From Basidiobolus meristosporus CBS 931.73 (Eukaryota; Fungi; Basidiobolomycota): a DNA stretch of 64,000 bases. This document shows positions 26,151 to 39,904 of the stretch, piece after piece. The notes below the pieces were generated by a model. The model was given only the letters and a program-made list of their open reading frames with translations, had not been told where the DNA came from and searched no databases. Both the position numbers and the translations under genes were made by a program. The stretch covers positions 1-64,000 of the forward strand of contig MCFE01000315.1 of NCBI GenBank assembly GCA_002104905.1. The letters run 5' to 3'. Position 1 is the first letter of the stretch. Each line of letters opens with the position of its first letter.

Positions 26151-27469
26151 ACCCGTAACCAGTAACTTCTCTTCCTCCACGCTCCCCATTCCGGCTGGTT
26201 TCAAACTTTCATCCTTTGTTCCATGTGGTCTCAGAGTGGCTAGGAATGGTGCATCAGGTGGGCCGATACCACCCATGCTAAGAATCCCCCGATGCCGTTT
26301 GAGGAATATCGGGTATTCTTGTGATGAGTAAAGGCTCACTATATCTGGGATTCATCGGCGCAGACTCTACGTGATGAGCTCCCTCGATCGGACACTGACA
26401 GTGGACAATTCGATGGGCGTGGAGGGGGAGAGAGCGGGAACACGTGGCGAGGTGACGGAATGCCCCTGTGGCATAGGTTGGCCTCTTGCCGAATGTCAAG
26501 AGGGTTGCTAGTTTTCGTGCCACGTATGGGAGTGCTCAGGGATGTATACGAGGAATTGGGATGGATCAGGATGGGCAGCATATTTTTTGGATGCCTCGAA
26601 AGCAGACAAGTTCTAGATCTACGACCTAAGCTCCAATGGTCAGAAATATGCGGGCCCTGTTACTTAGGCGCCCGCCCTTCCTCATCGGGATTTTGTCCGA
26701 ACCCCAGGCGAAGGACGATTCCCTGCACGGATCGCACCTCTGGAGGGCATGGATCGGATGGGCACAAGGTGTAAACCGCCGGCCAGGTCCCCTCTCCTGG
26801 GCCTAGTCTACGTCTACTGGAGTCGTCACCATCTCTCCTCGCACACATTACCAGGCCTCCTGGCCTTCCCTTCCTGATCTCTCAACCACTAGATCCACTT
26901 TCCCTTTGGCCCTCCTGTTTTCACTGCGACATTCATGCCCTCATTCCCATCCTATCGTGATTCCGCCTGGCTTCGCGTATCCCGAGGTCTTAATTTTCTG
27001 GACCCCAGAAAAAAACCGGTGGTCAAGCATGCAGCTCTTGTCAGATCCATACCGGCCAGGACTTTATGCTACAATTGGCCCCAACTAAGCCCAGGGAAAT
27101 CCAGCCAATGTCACTCTTGGTATCAAGTGTTCCAGTTTTTATCCATAGAACTGGTGGATCCCACACCTGCTCTATGAGACATATCAAACTTGGATTTCCT
27201 ATAGTATTCTGCCAGTATTTTTACAGTATTCCACTGGTATTTTGCCAGTATCCTGCTGCCAGAACTTCAGACATTGAAAGTTGGGACCTACATGACCATA
27301 TGACATGCTGCTCTCCAACCACAAAATGCGTAGCAATCCCCTTGGCTCATTCATGTTTCTCCAGGATTCCTGGGCAACTACCAGAATATAGTATGTACCT
27401 AGCTTCCCATGCATCTTTTCATCTTCAGGAGTATTCCCTAAGAAAAGATAGCTAAGTATAGGCCACCAC

Positions 27470-27760
27470 AATACCATCATAACATCAGCTGAATTCCAAC
27501 TTCTACAAACATGACCACTCTCAATATCTCACATACCAGCTTCACAGCAGACATCCATTCCAGGGGGATACTAGGCCATTTAGCATTGAAACTAAATTTG
27601 ATAATTAGCTGCTCATTACTTTCACCATAAAATTGCAGCTGAAAATTTGAGACAGAAACACCAGCTGGATATCAGCAAAATGCTATCAGAATACCAGCTG
27701 AATAATAGCAGAAAATCTAATGAATTCTAGCTTGGAGACTTTTCAGAGGGAATATGATAC
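27470..27760 (-). repeat. Inverted copy of the CAGCTG-rich small repeat
   Basis: Its reverse complement aligns with 14403-14669. Confidence 0.55.
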
Positions 27761-28297
27761 CATGGTTTGACACCACTTTTGTATCAAACCACTACCAAGC
27801 ATATCTTAGCCAGAAAAAGCCTGCTGTCAAAGGCAGGTCCACAATTTCCCCTTATTAGTCACAGGTGCCTACAAAGCAATCATCAGGCCATAGGTAGTAC
27901 ACATTGATTATCACACTCCAATTAGTGCTTCAAGCCTTTGGGGCAATACTCTGCATATTTGATTAATTGTTGACAGCTTCCAAGGCACACTTTTATATGA
28001 TATCTTGTAGGGGTAAGCTGGCTTCCTAAAAGCATATGGACTAACTGGTATATATTCCCACTTTCTCAAGAATAAAGCTTACATATATTGGATTTGTTTT
28101 GTAGGATGGCACCACAATCAGTCAGAAAAATCATGCATGTGATGGTGCTATAGGGTATGATGATTTTTACTCTCATAGAAGTTGTAGGATATATTTTCTG
28201 GTATTTTGGCTCATTAGAACTAATATTACCCAGCATTGTTCTGCCCTTTTTTTACTTAGTCTTTATGGTGCTTCTGACATATTTCCCTGGAGAGGTG

Positions 28298-28936
28298 TGT
28301 TGTGCATCAACATTTAAAACTTAGCCAATTTTACTCCGTTTGAAAATCTAGTACCCTAACTGATTTTCCCTAACCCAAACATAACAAATCCCAGTTACAG
28401 TTTATTTTATCCCACCTCAGAATCTATTTTTAGCTATCAAACCTGATCTATTTTCAAATGGTCATCACATTATCAACCTATCTGCCAAGCCTTCCCAGGT
28501 GATTAGTCATCTGAGATCTATCCAACCACTGTGCAGTTGCCAAGACATCAGGTGATTGATGATTCCCTTGGTGCTTACTAATTCAACTTGATCAGAAAAG
28601 TATAAATAAAGTTTACTGAACCTTTTGGTTTAGTGTGTGTCTCAACAAAATTAAGATTCTGTCTCAGCAAAAGTAAGAATCCAACAATTCCGTTCTAGTT
28701 TCTATCCAAGCCTAGTACATCTAGCACTCCAAAGAACACCAAGCCTAGCCTGCCTAGCAAACAAATATCATTGTCTTTATAGCCAACCCAGCTATATCCA
28801 AGACCAATATTAGATCAGAATCTTTCTGCTAATATTTCCGCCACTCTCTGACAATTCTAAGATTCTGCACTTAATTGTCCCTTTGATTCAGTTAAATTAT
28901 TCAAGAGTTTTATTACACTTTCTCTTGGATACAACA
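28298..28936 (-). mobile_element. Solo LTR family A (639 bp, internally deleted)
   Basis: tgttgtgcatcaac...ggatacaaca with perfect 5-bp TSD AGGTG (28293-28297 / 28937-28941). Confidence 0.9.
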
Positions 28937-29980
28937 AGGTGTCTTCTTAAGTTGATTCACTGAGCATTAGCATGGATCTAGGCTACTTTGTATATTTTGC
29001 TGCTGTCTGTCATATCAAACTTCTCCATGCATTTGCCCCCCCCAATATGCTGAGTCTGTCTTGATATCCAGTTGTATGCACTGGGAAATAATAAATGATC
29101 AGGAGGTTAACCTTTAGCTTATATAGATGAGTCATTGCTTAGATTTCATAAGATGCCATACACCTTAATTTTTGAATGTATACTCCTGTACAAGCTGAGC
29201 TTGATCTCATACAAGTGGCAAGCTCAATAAACCCATAAGTATACATATGTATAAACATGTTCCATCCAATATTTCCATATTGTTTCATGAATGCTAAATA
29301 GTGCCATAGCTTGCCAGCAAGGCAAAATATGCTTACACTTAGCCAAACATTGAGCAATATTGTCCTAGATCTTCAAGGCAGGTAGCTGCTGTGCTTCACC
29401 ATTTTGTTGTAGACAGCATATTATTAGACATTTCACTTGGTGTTCATGCTGTGCTTGATTTGTAAGAGGTCAAGAAGAGTAAAGGTATAATTGCCTTACT
29501 TAAGATCTAAAGCCCTTCAAGTCTGGATGCAGCAGCCTCTAGTATATAGCCAGAAAGTGCGGCACCATTGTGGGCCAGTGGTTCCATTTGTCATGGTAAG
29601 TGCAGAATGCTTGCTTTACCTTGAAGCTACTGTATAGCAGTATTTTCATACACAACCTGTAGAATATGGAAGCATCATTACCCTACAGAAGGTAATTGTG
29701 ATAATCCTGCCAAAAGGCTATCATAAGAGTTCTATCCCCTGACTAAGAGGCATATATATCATTAGAACACCATGCAAAACCAATGGTAAAAAAATTACAC
29801 CTTAGATATTGCAAGGAAATTGATAAAAATTTTGTCATAAGATTACCTAGGGGGCATTTGATTGGCTTACTTCCATAAATCTCACTTTCTGATCCCATTC
29901 ACTGAATCATCTCCTCAGTCTGTGTACATAGATTGGCTATTGCCTTGTTTTAAAACTCCCTACTTCCTGTGTTAACTGGA

Positions 29981-32550
29981 CCCTATGAAAAATTATTGAG
30001 ATGATACCATCAAAAGGCCATCACAAAGTTAAAGTCCCGTGACTGAGAGGTACTGATCCCATTGGAACACCATCCAGAGACCATTGAAAAATAATTGCAC
30101 CCCAGATTTCACAAAAAACTTGGTCAAAACTTTTCATCACAACAATGTATAAGTGGCTTTTGATTAGTTTCCTGCCAATTTGCTCACTTTCTAATCCTGG
30201 ACACTCTATTGCCTCCTACATTTGTGTGAATTGATAGGCTATTGCCTCTTTTTCACACTCAATACTTCCTGACTCAACCGTTTCTCTTACTTTTCATGCA
30301 TACAAATTGATTTATTTCCATTGAAACTTCAGTTGGACCTTAATTGCCAATTGTATTGACCTATACAAGTCTCTACACCCTACACTAACACTAATTGTAA
30401 TCCCACACTCAACAAGCAACTCCATTAAAATCCACCACTCAATAAGTATTTCTGCTGTAACACTCTAGTTCCACAACTTTGGCAGGAGCCCAATGACTTT
30501 ATACCACTGTTTATTCACTGGTTCCCACATGTCCTGGTCTTCAGCCAGCACTGCAAGGTCCAACAACTTGTCTGCCAGTCCTTGCAATAAATCCTTGCAA
30601 TATTCAAGCGTGTTCTCTGAGCACTGCTCTTGAAGAAGTACTGCAACCTCTTAGTGTGCCTATTAATGTTCCAAAACTCCACTGAAGGCATTGTGATAGT
30701 CTTTTGAGCTCTTGACATTGCAGCCTTGTCTGTCAGTGGGATCTCCACTTTGTCAACAATGGAGGATGTGGAGGCTGTGGTAGATGAATTGCCTTTTTCA
30801 GCAAACTCATTGACCTTGCTAGAGTGCAGCTCAACTAGCTGCGCTTCCAACTCATGTGAAAACAGCTGTTTTCTTATGGGTAATTCTTCTTGGCTATGAT
30901 GAGGTTCAATTGGTTCCTGGCTTACAGAATTAATTGGCAGGAACTGCAGTATTTTTTGCATGCCTCCCTGTCTCAGGCCTGGGTAGACATTTTCCCTTTA
31001 CCTTTTCCTTAATCACTGCCAGGTCTTTCACTGCTACTTTGTCTGAGTGCTTATTGTAAAGAACTACATTTTCTACTGGACAAATGCTGCTCTGACACAT
31101 CTGTTTTAGCCAGCTTGTCCCTTGCTGGCACTCTTCTGAAAACATGACATTTCTTTTCTGCTTGTTTTGAGCTCTCAGCCATAGTTGTGATGGGCTTTGG
31201 TAAAAGTGGCTGGTTTTTATTACTGCCAGGTCCTACACTGCTACTTTGACTAGGTGCTTCTTGAGTGGTACTACACCTTTTCCTTGATAAATTCTGTGCT
31301 GGTGCATCTGTGTCTGCCTGCTTGTCCCTAATTGACACTCTTCCAGCTACCTGGCATATCTTTGACACTAGGCTGGAGCTCTTGGCCCTACTTGTAACCA
31401 GTTCTTAAGGAAGCCGCTGGTTTTTAACCATGGCACCCTTGTCCTTCTGCCTTTGATAATTGCTGCTATTCTTAAGATACTTTCTTAGCATACCAATGAT
31501 GGCCCAAAATCCATTTGCCCATTTGAATCCAGGGCTATGCTCATGGAATAAGTCAAGTGCATTCTGCTTGGCCTTGAGTTCCTGATGGTCCCATGGTATG
31601 CCGGCCTTAAGGTGATGGCGTGCTAGACTTCTGACAGCCTCTTGTATATTAGCCCACTCTTCATTATTGCACTCAATGACTTCACAGATCTTCAATGTCT
31701 TTTGATTTTAGGCTTTGGTATAAACACCACATTGTCTCCCTCCCATGCTCTGATAGGATTTTCTGTGGGCTTTATCTCTGGATACTGTTGTTGTACTTCA
31801 AAGACTGTATGATGTCCCTCTACTTTTACATTAGGAAATGGCTTAATTCTTGGCTGTGACAATGAGCTACTTGAGTTCCTTCTCTGGAGCAAAGATACTG
31901 CTTTCTCTACCTGGGATACTGATTGCTCTACATGAATTATCCACTCATCCAGTTTCTGGACTATTTCCTGATTTCTCTGAGCCATTGCATCTATCCTATC
32001 AGCCACTGCACGTAAGTGCTTCATTAATGCTTTAGTATGGGCTGAAAACATACTTGCTAATATGGGTGGTGGTGATGTTATCATGGCCACTTGCTGATCT
32101 TCAATTGAGGGTACTGCATTTGCTACATTCTCATCTGCCTGAGTACAATGGTCAGCTTGTGGCTCCAGAGAGGTTCTCAATTGCCTACTTGACTGAGAGC
32201 CTGAGGAGTCCAAATTATTACCTTCAATGGGCACACTGTCCACAGGGCCATTTTTAGATGTAGGCCCACTTCTAGCACTGAATGTCAAAGCAAGCTGTTG
32301 TCCAGCCATTCTTCCATTGCCGTCAGCAGTGGGGTTTGGTTGAGAACCAGACAACTTTGCTATATTTTTTGGTGGCATATATATGGAAGTGAGTCAAACC
32401 AAAGGGGTAATAGTGTTACATATACATGTGTATGTATGGCCACAACTTTATTTATAATGCTTACAATTACAGGTCATCATTAAGTCTTACATTCATGTAG
32501 GTGCAATGTCTCAAATACAAAACTGTCTTAAGTTCACTTGAATATTGACC
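29981..32550 (-). mobile_element. Truncated CACTA-like element: one TIR plus ORF-X
   Basis: TIR ccctatgaaaaattatt at 29981. ORFs 31692-32378, 31405-31695, 31051-31368 and 30515-30961 are pieces of ORF-X, homologous to 38002-39500. Confidence 0.8.
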
Positions 32551-33374
32551 AAATGCTACAACAATGTCCTTGCATTTAATGATGCACAAAGAGAATGTTT
32601 ATCCATATAGATATTTGCTAAGATCCATACCATTGAACATACACCATGGGCACTGAGATCATATCCTATTCCTTCAAGATTACTGAACAAAGTAATTGAA
32701 ATGCTACAACTAAGATTTCAAAGTGGAGTCATTTAATATAGCTATGGACTTTATTGTAATCCCTGGTTTACACTGTTGAAGAAGAATGAAGGTCTATGGT
32801 TTATTCAAGATGTATAGCATTTGAATAAGGTCCCATCAAAGATGTGTTGCAACCACCCATACAACATGAGTACATTGAGTCATTTATTGGATATACCCTG
32901 ATTACTACATTGGATCTTTATTTAGGATATGACCAAATACTTCTGGATCCTGACTCAAGAGGTTTCACTGCTATGAGTACACCAATATGACTCATAAGGA
33001 TGACAAGAATTCCTCAAGGATGGACTAACTCTGCCCAAGATTATCCACTTGCAGTGATTTGGGTTTTGGAAGACTGTTTCCCTGAAATATGCCGTCCCTT
33101 TCTTGATGACATTGCAGTCAAGAATAAGTCCAGAGAAAAAGATATATCACATGTCTTACCTCAAGTAAGAAGATATGTTTATGTTCACATATGCACCATT
33201 GAAAGGGTCATGAAAAACTGCAAGCTTCTGGTCTGAGTGTATCTGGAGCCAACTGCAAGTTTGGCTACAACAAAGCAATCATTCTAGGTGAGCTTGTAAC
33301 TGAAAAAGGGAGATTGCCTGATCCTGCAAAACTTTCATTGACACTAAACTGGAAGCCAACTAGTAATATTCATC

Positions 33375-34106
33375 AGACGTGTTCCATTGGATAGTGCCAC
33401 ATTGGGCCATGAGTGCCAAATGATGCCATAGTGTGCCAGGGAGGCTAAGTGAGCCTTTACTTGGCCACAGAGTGTGAAACATAGATCTGCATCTTCATGC
33501 AAAGCAGCCCCTGTGTTTCACCAATTGTGTTAGAGAAAATTCATTTTTTGACCTTTTTTTTAGGTCAATGTTGTGCAGGATGTGTAGGAGCACAAAAGAA
33601 TTGAAAATATGCATTTGGTACTCAATACCCATTGCACTCTGAATCTAGCTCCTGTGGCTTGTAACATGTCACAACAATGCATGGCACTATCTTGATCCAC
33701 TAGTACTATCTGGCACTTTAAGTGCTTTATATAGATCTTACTTTAGGGCTAATAATTAAATATAGTGCCAGATGGTACCAGTGGACCAAGATAGCGCCAT
33801 TCATTGTTGTGACATGTTACAAGCCACAGGAGCTAGATTCAGAGTGCCATGGGTATTGAGTACCTGATGCATGTCCTCAGTTCTTCTGTGCTCTTACACA
33901 TCCTGCATAGCATTGATCCACAAAAAACATCAAAAAATGGATTTTCTCCTGCATCATAGGGGAAACACAGGGGCTGCTTTGCATGAAGATGCAGATCCAT
34001 GTTTCACACTCTGTGGCCAAGTATAGGCTCACTTGGCCTCTCTGGCACACTATGGCATCATTTGGCACTCATGGCTCAATGTGGCACTATCCAACAGAAC
34101 AAGTCT
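33375..34106. mobile_element. Palindromic (foldback) MITE, 732 bp, PHIS-family ends
   Basis: AGAC(G/T)TGTTCC...GAACAAGTCT with ~340-bp inverted arms and TSD ATC/ATC. Removal restores pol NIHQVRQQLG. Confidence 0.9.
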
Positions 34107-34829
34107 ATCAAGTCAGACAACAATTAGGACTTGCTGGTCTATTCAGAATCTGGATCAAGAACTATGCTCAAATTGCTAAGCCATTCACTAAGCTATTACA
34201 GAAAAACCAGAAATTTGAATGGCATGAAGAACAGGCAAATGCTGTGTTGACATTGCTTGAGTCATTATCAAAGCCACCTGTCTTAGCAGCTATAGACTAC
34301 AGTGTTGTTGATTCACAACCAAGCATTGTATCAGTTGATAGCTCTGGAATTGGGGTTGGTGGAATCATGATTCAGGTTTCAAAAGAGCATCATTGAAAAC
34401 CTTGCAAATATCTCAGTAGACTATTCAAAGGAAATGAGTTTAACTATCCATCTATCAAGAAAGAAGCACTGGGAGTACTCCATGTACTCAAAAAGCCAAA
34501 GCCATACTGATTAGGAGTACACTTCATGCTGGAGGTTGATGCCAAGCCATTATAGAAATGTTGAATAAGTTGGAGCTTTTGCCTGATCCTATTCTAGCAC
34601 AGTGGATATCATTCATCCCAATCTTTGACTTTACGCTGCAACACATACCAGGGGCCAATTACAAAGGACCTGACGCCTTATCTAAAAAGCAATCAAACTC
34701 ACTGTCCTTAACTGATCCATATGAAAAATAATTTGGTCCTGCAGGTGGATCCAATCCAGATCATCCATCAAGAACCTGTTTAGAGACTGTCATAATAACA
34801 GCAGCTTGGAATTAGTGACCCTCCTGACA

Positions 34830-37620
34830 ATCTTTTAACAAGATCATGATGGTGTTTTGCAAATTTTACAGCCAATAAAGGGATAAAACTTGACAATCTT
34901 TGATTGTTGCTGTGACAATATTCACATGGCATTGTTGCAGTCTTTCAGTGCTCTATTACTATTTTGAGTGGATCCAGTTAGCCAGGACATCCAATTGCCT
35001 TATATGGCAAGAAACTTGATGGTATTTTGATGACCTCACAGCAAGACCCTGATGGCATTTTTTTGGCAGTATGAAGGCCTACTGCTGGTCTGTATAATGC
35101 AACCATACCCATTTACCAAATGGTATTTCCTTTTTCTACCTCCCCTTGTGCAACTCATATGTTCCACTGTAAAATCACCTTTCTTTGTTTGCTTACCCAC
35201 TACTACCTTGGGTATTCCACATATAGTTTGAATCAAAAAAAACTATGGCCTCCTGCTTACTAACCTCTACAAATGTGCACACCTGCTGCAATTGACATAA
35301 TTCTATCACCTCAACTTTACAACTTTTTAGTGTGATACTTGCAAAGTTGCCATATACCTTGTACTGCTGATAGCATATACATCTTGCAAACATATGCTTG
35401 GTTGTTGCCACTTCTGCCATGGATACCTCCTGAACATTGGCAAAGAACTTCTTGGTATATAGCCAACAAGAAATCCGCCATATCTTGGTGGAGTTTTGCT
35501 GATAAAAATCAGTTGCTTGTTGCACCCAACCCAACTTTTCATTACTTGACTGATTATCCACACATTGGGGCTGCTTAGCTTCTTAATGCCATAGGCATAG
35601 GTGTCTCCATGTGCACATTTGTCCTCATTATTTTCCAACTCTTTCTGGCTGTCCTCCATGTGCCAACTCTTCACATCCATGATGGACTTGAAGGTAATAT
35701 TCTTGATGAGATTGGGATATGGTAGTACCTGCAACTTGACTCATCTTCCCATCTCCCCACACATCCGCTCCATAGGAGACTCCCAAAAGGTGAAGCAAGG
35801 CCTGATATTCTCCACACATTATGCAAGATGGAATAGATAATGGATACAGTAGCAGCAGAAATCTATGAGCTCAGCCTAAGTTTGTAGGATAGCAACTCAA
35901 ATCCCGTCACAAACCTCTCACACAACAGCTGTAGATGCGTCAAGTTGGCATTGGTGATGTGCTTCTGCATAAATATTCATACAATGTCCACATATGACTC
36001 CCAATGCTTCCAATGTACTCTTAGCAGGAATGGCTTCAGAACACCACTTGAATAAATACATATCCAGTTCATCCAGTCTTTGCATGTGCATTGTTGCATA
36101 TGCATATGAATATTAATTGGAGCTTGTGAGAAGTACTTAGGGTAGCAGATACTCTGTAATATCTTGCCAATTTTTTCAAATTTCTCTGGTATCTTGAAGG
36201 GCTCATTTAGCTTGAAATCCCCCATGTACAACTTGGTCATCAGTATAGGGATTTTGTTGAAAAGCAAATGCATTGCTTTCAGTGGTAAGCTTTTGCGCCA
36301 ACAGATACCCTCTATCTTAAGTATCTATGGTTTGCAATTGATTTCATATTCTGACCAATGGCTTATTACTTGCCAACTTTACTGCAATTGCCTGCTTACT
36401 TCTGTACATTCTCTCTGTGGAAAGATGATGTTCTTAGTTCTAGTGTTTGGGTAGTAATAATAATGTGTGTGAGTTATGGAGTAAATCCCCTGGATCTCAC
36501 ACATTTGACAGCAATAATATCCTTTGTACCCAGAAAAACCTGCTATCTTGCTGATGGCTGGGGTATCTCCAATGCTGATAATAATATCTGCTTTTGCATC
36601 ACTGCCATTTACCATTATCCTGCTGGAAAGTATACAAAATTCATCCAGCAATGAATACAGGTAGCAATCCTGGTTGGACGGTGATTTAGGCCCAGATACC
36701 AGTAAGACTACCATCAGAGTATTACTCTGATACTGTAAAATGAGCAGTAGATTTAGGTTGATGAGAAACAGCAACCAGCAGGATTTGCTGGTAGAGTACT
36801 TGTTCAATGAAAGTCCATCAAGTGCTAAAGCAAAGGCATGGTCATACATACCTTCAAAGTTGCCCTTGCTTCTTAGCTGTTTGTAATGTTTGCCATCAAG
36901 TATACTGGATATGTTTGTGCTTGATTAATATTGAGTGCAGTACTGTATAGCTTTGCAGTATTTGTCGGACTGCATCAGTTCTCTCAGACAGGGTATGACC
37001 AGAGTATATCTGGAGTGTGAACAATGTTTTCCCTCAATGGTGGTGGATTCCTGACAATTTGAACATGTTGCAATGTTAGCATTTTTGGATGTGAGTGCCA
37101 TGCAAACTGTTAACACATGCTGGAATCATGACAGTTTCTGGTTCATATGTTGCCAGCCACATGATAGTTGTCCACTTGTACCATGTACATGGTAAATTGC
37201 ATCCCATTATGATTTTGGCAAGAAGTAGTAATAAATCCCCAAAGCCCCCATTATTGATATTAGTGGAAATGCACCACTTCTCAAGCCACAACATTAAATC
37301 ATTCACCAGCAGATGGATTACTAGGCTCACTTGGCTCCATAAAGTATCCTTAGCATTTGTTTCAGTGGGTGTTGTCTCATTGCATATTGGGATTTGACCA
37401 GGCTCATACATGGTACTGTTGTTAGGGGAGATAGGCTTAAATCCATCAGTGAACCTTCTTTGTCAGAGATATAACTCTGTGTGCCATATTCAGAAGGCTT
37501 AGGTCAGTCTAAAGGCATCACAAACTCACCTGACTTAGTTGGTGCAAGGTGACAAAAACAGCTAGGTGCCAATATAGAAGTATATACTGGCTGGCAAGAT
37601 ACTGTTGGTACAGTAGTGAC
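34830..37620 (-). pseudogene. CACTA/EnSpm Tnp2-type (Transposase_21-like) transposase, disrupted
   Basis: LALDGL...SCWLLFLINLNL...SGPKSP...LYSLLDEF...IGDTPAISKIAGFSGYKGYYCCQMC. Many stops and frameshifts; limits are approximate. Confidence 0.8.
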
Positions 37621-38001
37621 CAATGAATGGTTAAATATGACTTGGGTGGCAAAATACTGGCTGTGATTCTTGTAATACTTCCTATGCTGTCTGCGTGCTT
37701 CATGACTGAGAGGCTTGCCACAATAGCCACATGGTTTTTTTGCTTCTCTTACAGCATTGAGTCAAAGTAGTCTTGTCCATGGGGCAAACAGTTTGACCTT
37801 CAACACATAATGCTATTGTATCACTTTTTGGTCAATACTTGTGTGAACTTAAGACAGTCTTGTATTTAAGACATTGCACCTACATCAATGTAAGATTCAA
37901 TGATGACCCACCATAGTAAGCATTATAAATAAAGATGTGACACCACATACACATGTATATGTAACACTATTTCCCCTTTGATTTGACTCACTTCCATATA
38001 T

Positions 38002-39503
38002 ATACCACCAAGAAATAAAGCAAAGTTGTCTGGTTCTCAATCAAGCCCCACCACTGATGGCAATAGAAGAATGGTTGGACAGCAGCTTGCTTTGACATTC
38101 AGTGCAACAAGCAGGGCTACATCCAAAAAAGACCCTGTGGACAGTTTGCCCATTGAAGGTAATAATGCGGACTATTAGAGCATGGGAGGGAGACAATATG
38201 GTGTTTATACCAAAGCCTAAAAATAAAAAGACATTGAAGATCTGTGAAGCCATTGAGTGCAATAATGAAGAGTGGGCTAATATGCAAGAGGCCATCAGAA
38301 GTCTAGCATGCCATCACCTTAAGGCTGGCATACCATGGGACCATCAGGAACTCAAGGCCAAGCAGAATGCACTTGACTTGTTCCATCAGCATTATCCTGG
38401 ATTCAAACAGGCAAACAGATTTTGGGTCAGCATTGGTATGCTAAGAGAGTATCTTAAGAATAGCAGAAACTGTCAAAGGCAGAAGTACAAGGGTGCCATG
38501 GCTAAAAACAAGCAGCTTCCTCAAGAGCCCATTACAAGCGGGGCCAAAAAGCTCCAGACAAGTGTCAAAGAGACGTCAGGCAGCCCAAAGAGTGCCAGTT
38601 AAGGACAAGCAGGCAGACATGGATGCACTAGAACAACATTTATCAAGGAAAAAGCGTAGTACCACTCAAGAAGCACTTAGTCAAAGTAGCAGTGAAGGAC
38701 CTGGCAGTGATAAAACCACCTGCTTTTACAAGAGCCTGTCACAACTATGGTTGAGACTTCAAAACAAGCTTAAAAGAGATGTTAGGCAGCCTGAAGAGTG
38801 CCAGCAAGGTACAAGCTGGCCAAAACAGATGCGTTGGAGCAGAATTTATCCAGGAGAAAATGTGGTTCTTTACAAGAAGCACTCAGACAAAGTAGCAGTG
38901 AAAGACCTGGCCGTGATAAAGGAAAAGGTAAAGGGAAAAATGTCTACCTAAGCCTGAGACAGGGAGGCATGCAAAAAAAACTGCAGTTCTTGTCAATTAA
39001 TGCTGCAAGCCAGGAACAGACTGAATCCCATCATAGCCAAGAAGAATTACAAACAAGAAAACAGCTGTTTTCACAAGAGTTGGGAGCACAGCCAGTTGAT
39101 CTACACTCCAGCAAGGTAGATGAGTTTGCTGAAAAAGGCAACTTGTCTACCACAGCATCCATAGCCTCCACAGCCTCCATTGTTGACAGAGTGGAGATTG
39201 CACTGACAGAAAAGGCTACAATGTCAAGAGCTTGAAAGACTATCACCATGCCTTCAGTGGAGTTTTGGAACATTAGTAGGCTCACCAAAAGGTTGCAGCA
39301 CTTCTTCAAGAGCAGTGCTCAAGAAAAAACACTGGAATATTGCAAGGATTTATTGCAATGACTGGCAGATGAGGAGCTAGACCTTGCAGTGCTGGCTGAA
39401 GACCAGAATGTGTGGGAACTGGTGAACAAACAGTGGCATAAAGCCATTGGGTTCCTGCCAAAGTTGTGGAACCAGAGCGTTACAGCAGAAATACTTATTG
39501 AGT
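38002..39503 (+). pseudogene. CACTA-like element ORF-X (unknown function), disrupted and internally deleted
   Basis: The start codon has decayed to ATA. ORFs 38102-38602 and 38798-39235 match the minus-strand copy at 30.5-32.4 kb. Confidence 0.7.
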
Positions 39504-39904
39504 AGTGGATTTTAATGGAGTTACTTGTTGAGTGTGGGGTTGGGCTCAATGTTAGTGTAGGGTATAGTGACTTGTATAGGTCAATACAAGTGGAAATTAA
39601 GGTACAAGTGAAGCTTCAACAAAATAAATCAATTTGCTTGCATGAAAGTAAGAGAAACAATTGAGTCAGGAAGTAAGGAGTGTGAAAATAAGGCAACAGC
39701 CAATCAGTTCACAAATGTAGGAGGTAATAGAGTGTCCAGGATCAGAAAGTGAGCAAATTGGCAGGGAACCAATCAAAAGCCACTTATAAATTGTTGTGAT
39801 GAAAAATTTTGACCAAGTTTTTTGTGAAATCTGGGAGCAATTATTTTTCAACAGTGTCTGGATGGTGTCCTGACAAGGTCAGTACCTCTTAGTCATGGGA
39901 CACT

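Noticed and set aside
25775-26339. Poly-His/poly-Met/poly-Ser/acidic ORFs in several frames
   Set aside because: All arise from trinucleotide repeats, overlap on both strands and lack starts or splice support.
27760-29680. Possible further TE coding relic hosting the 28298 solo LTR
   Set aside because: Too decayed to assign a family by eye.
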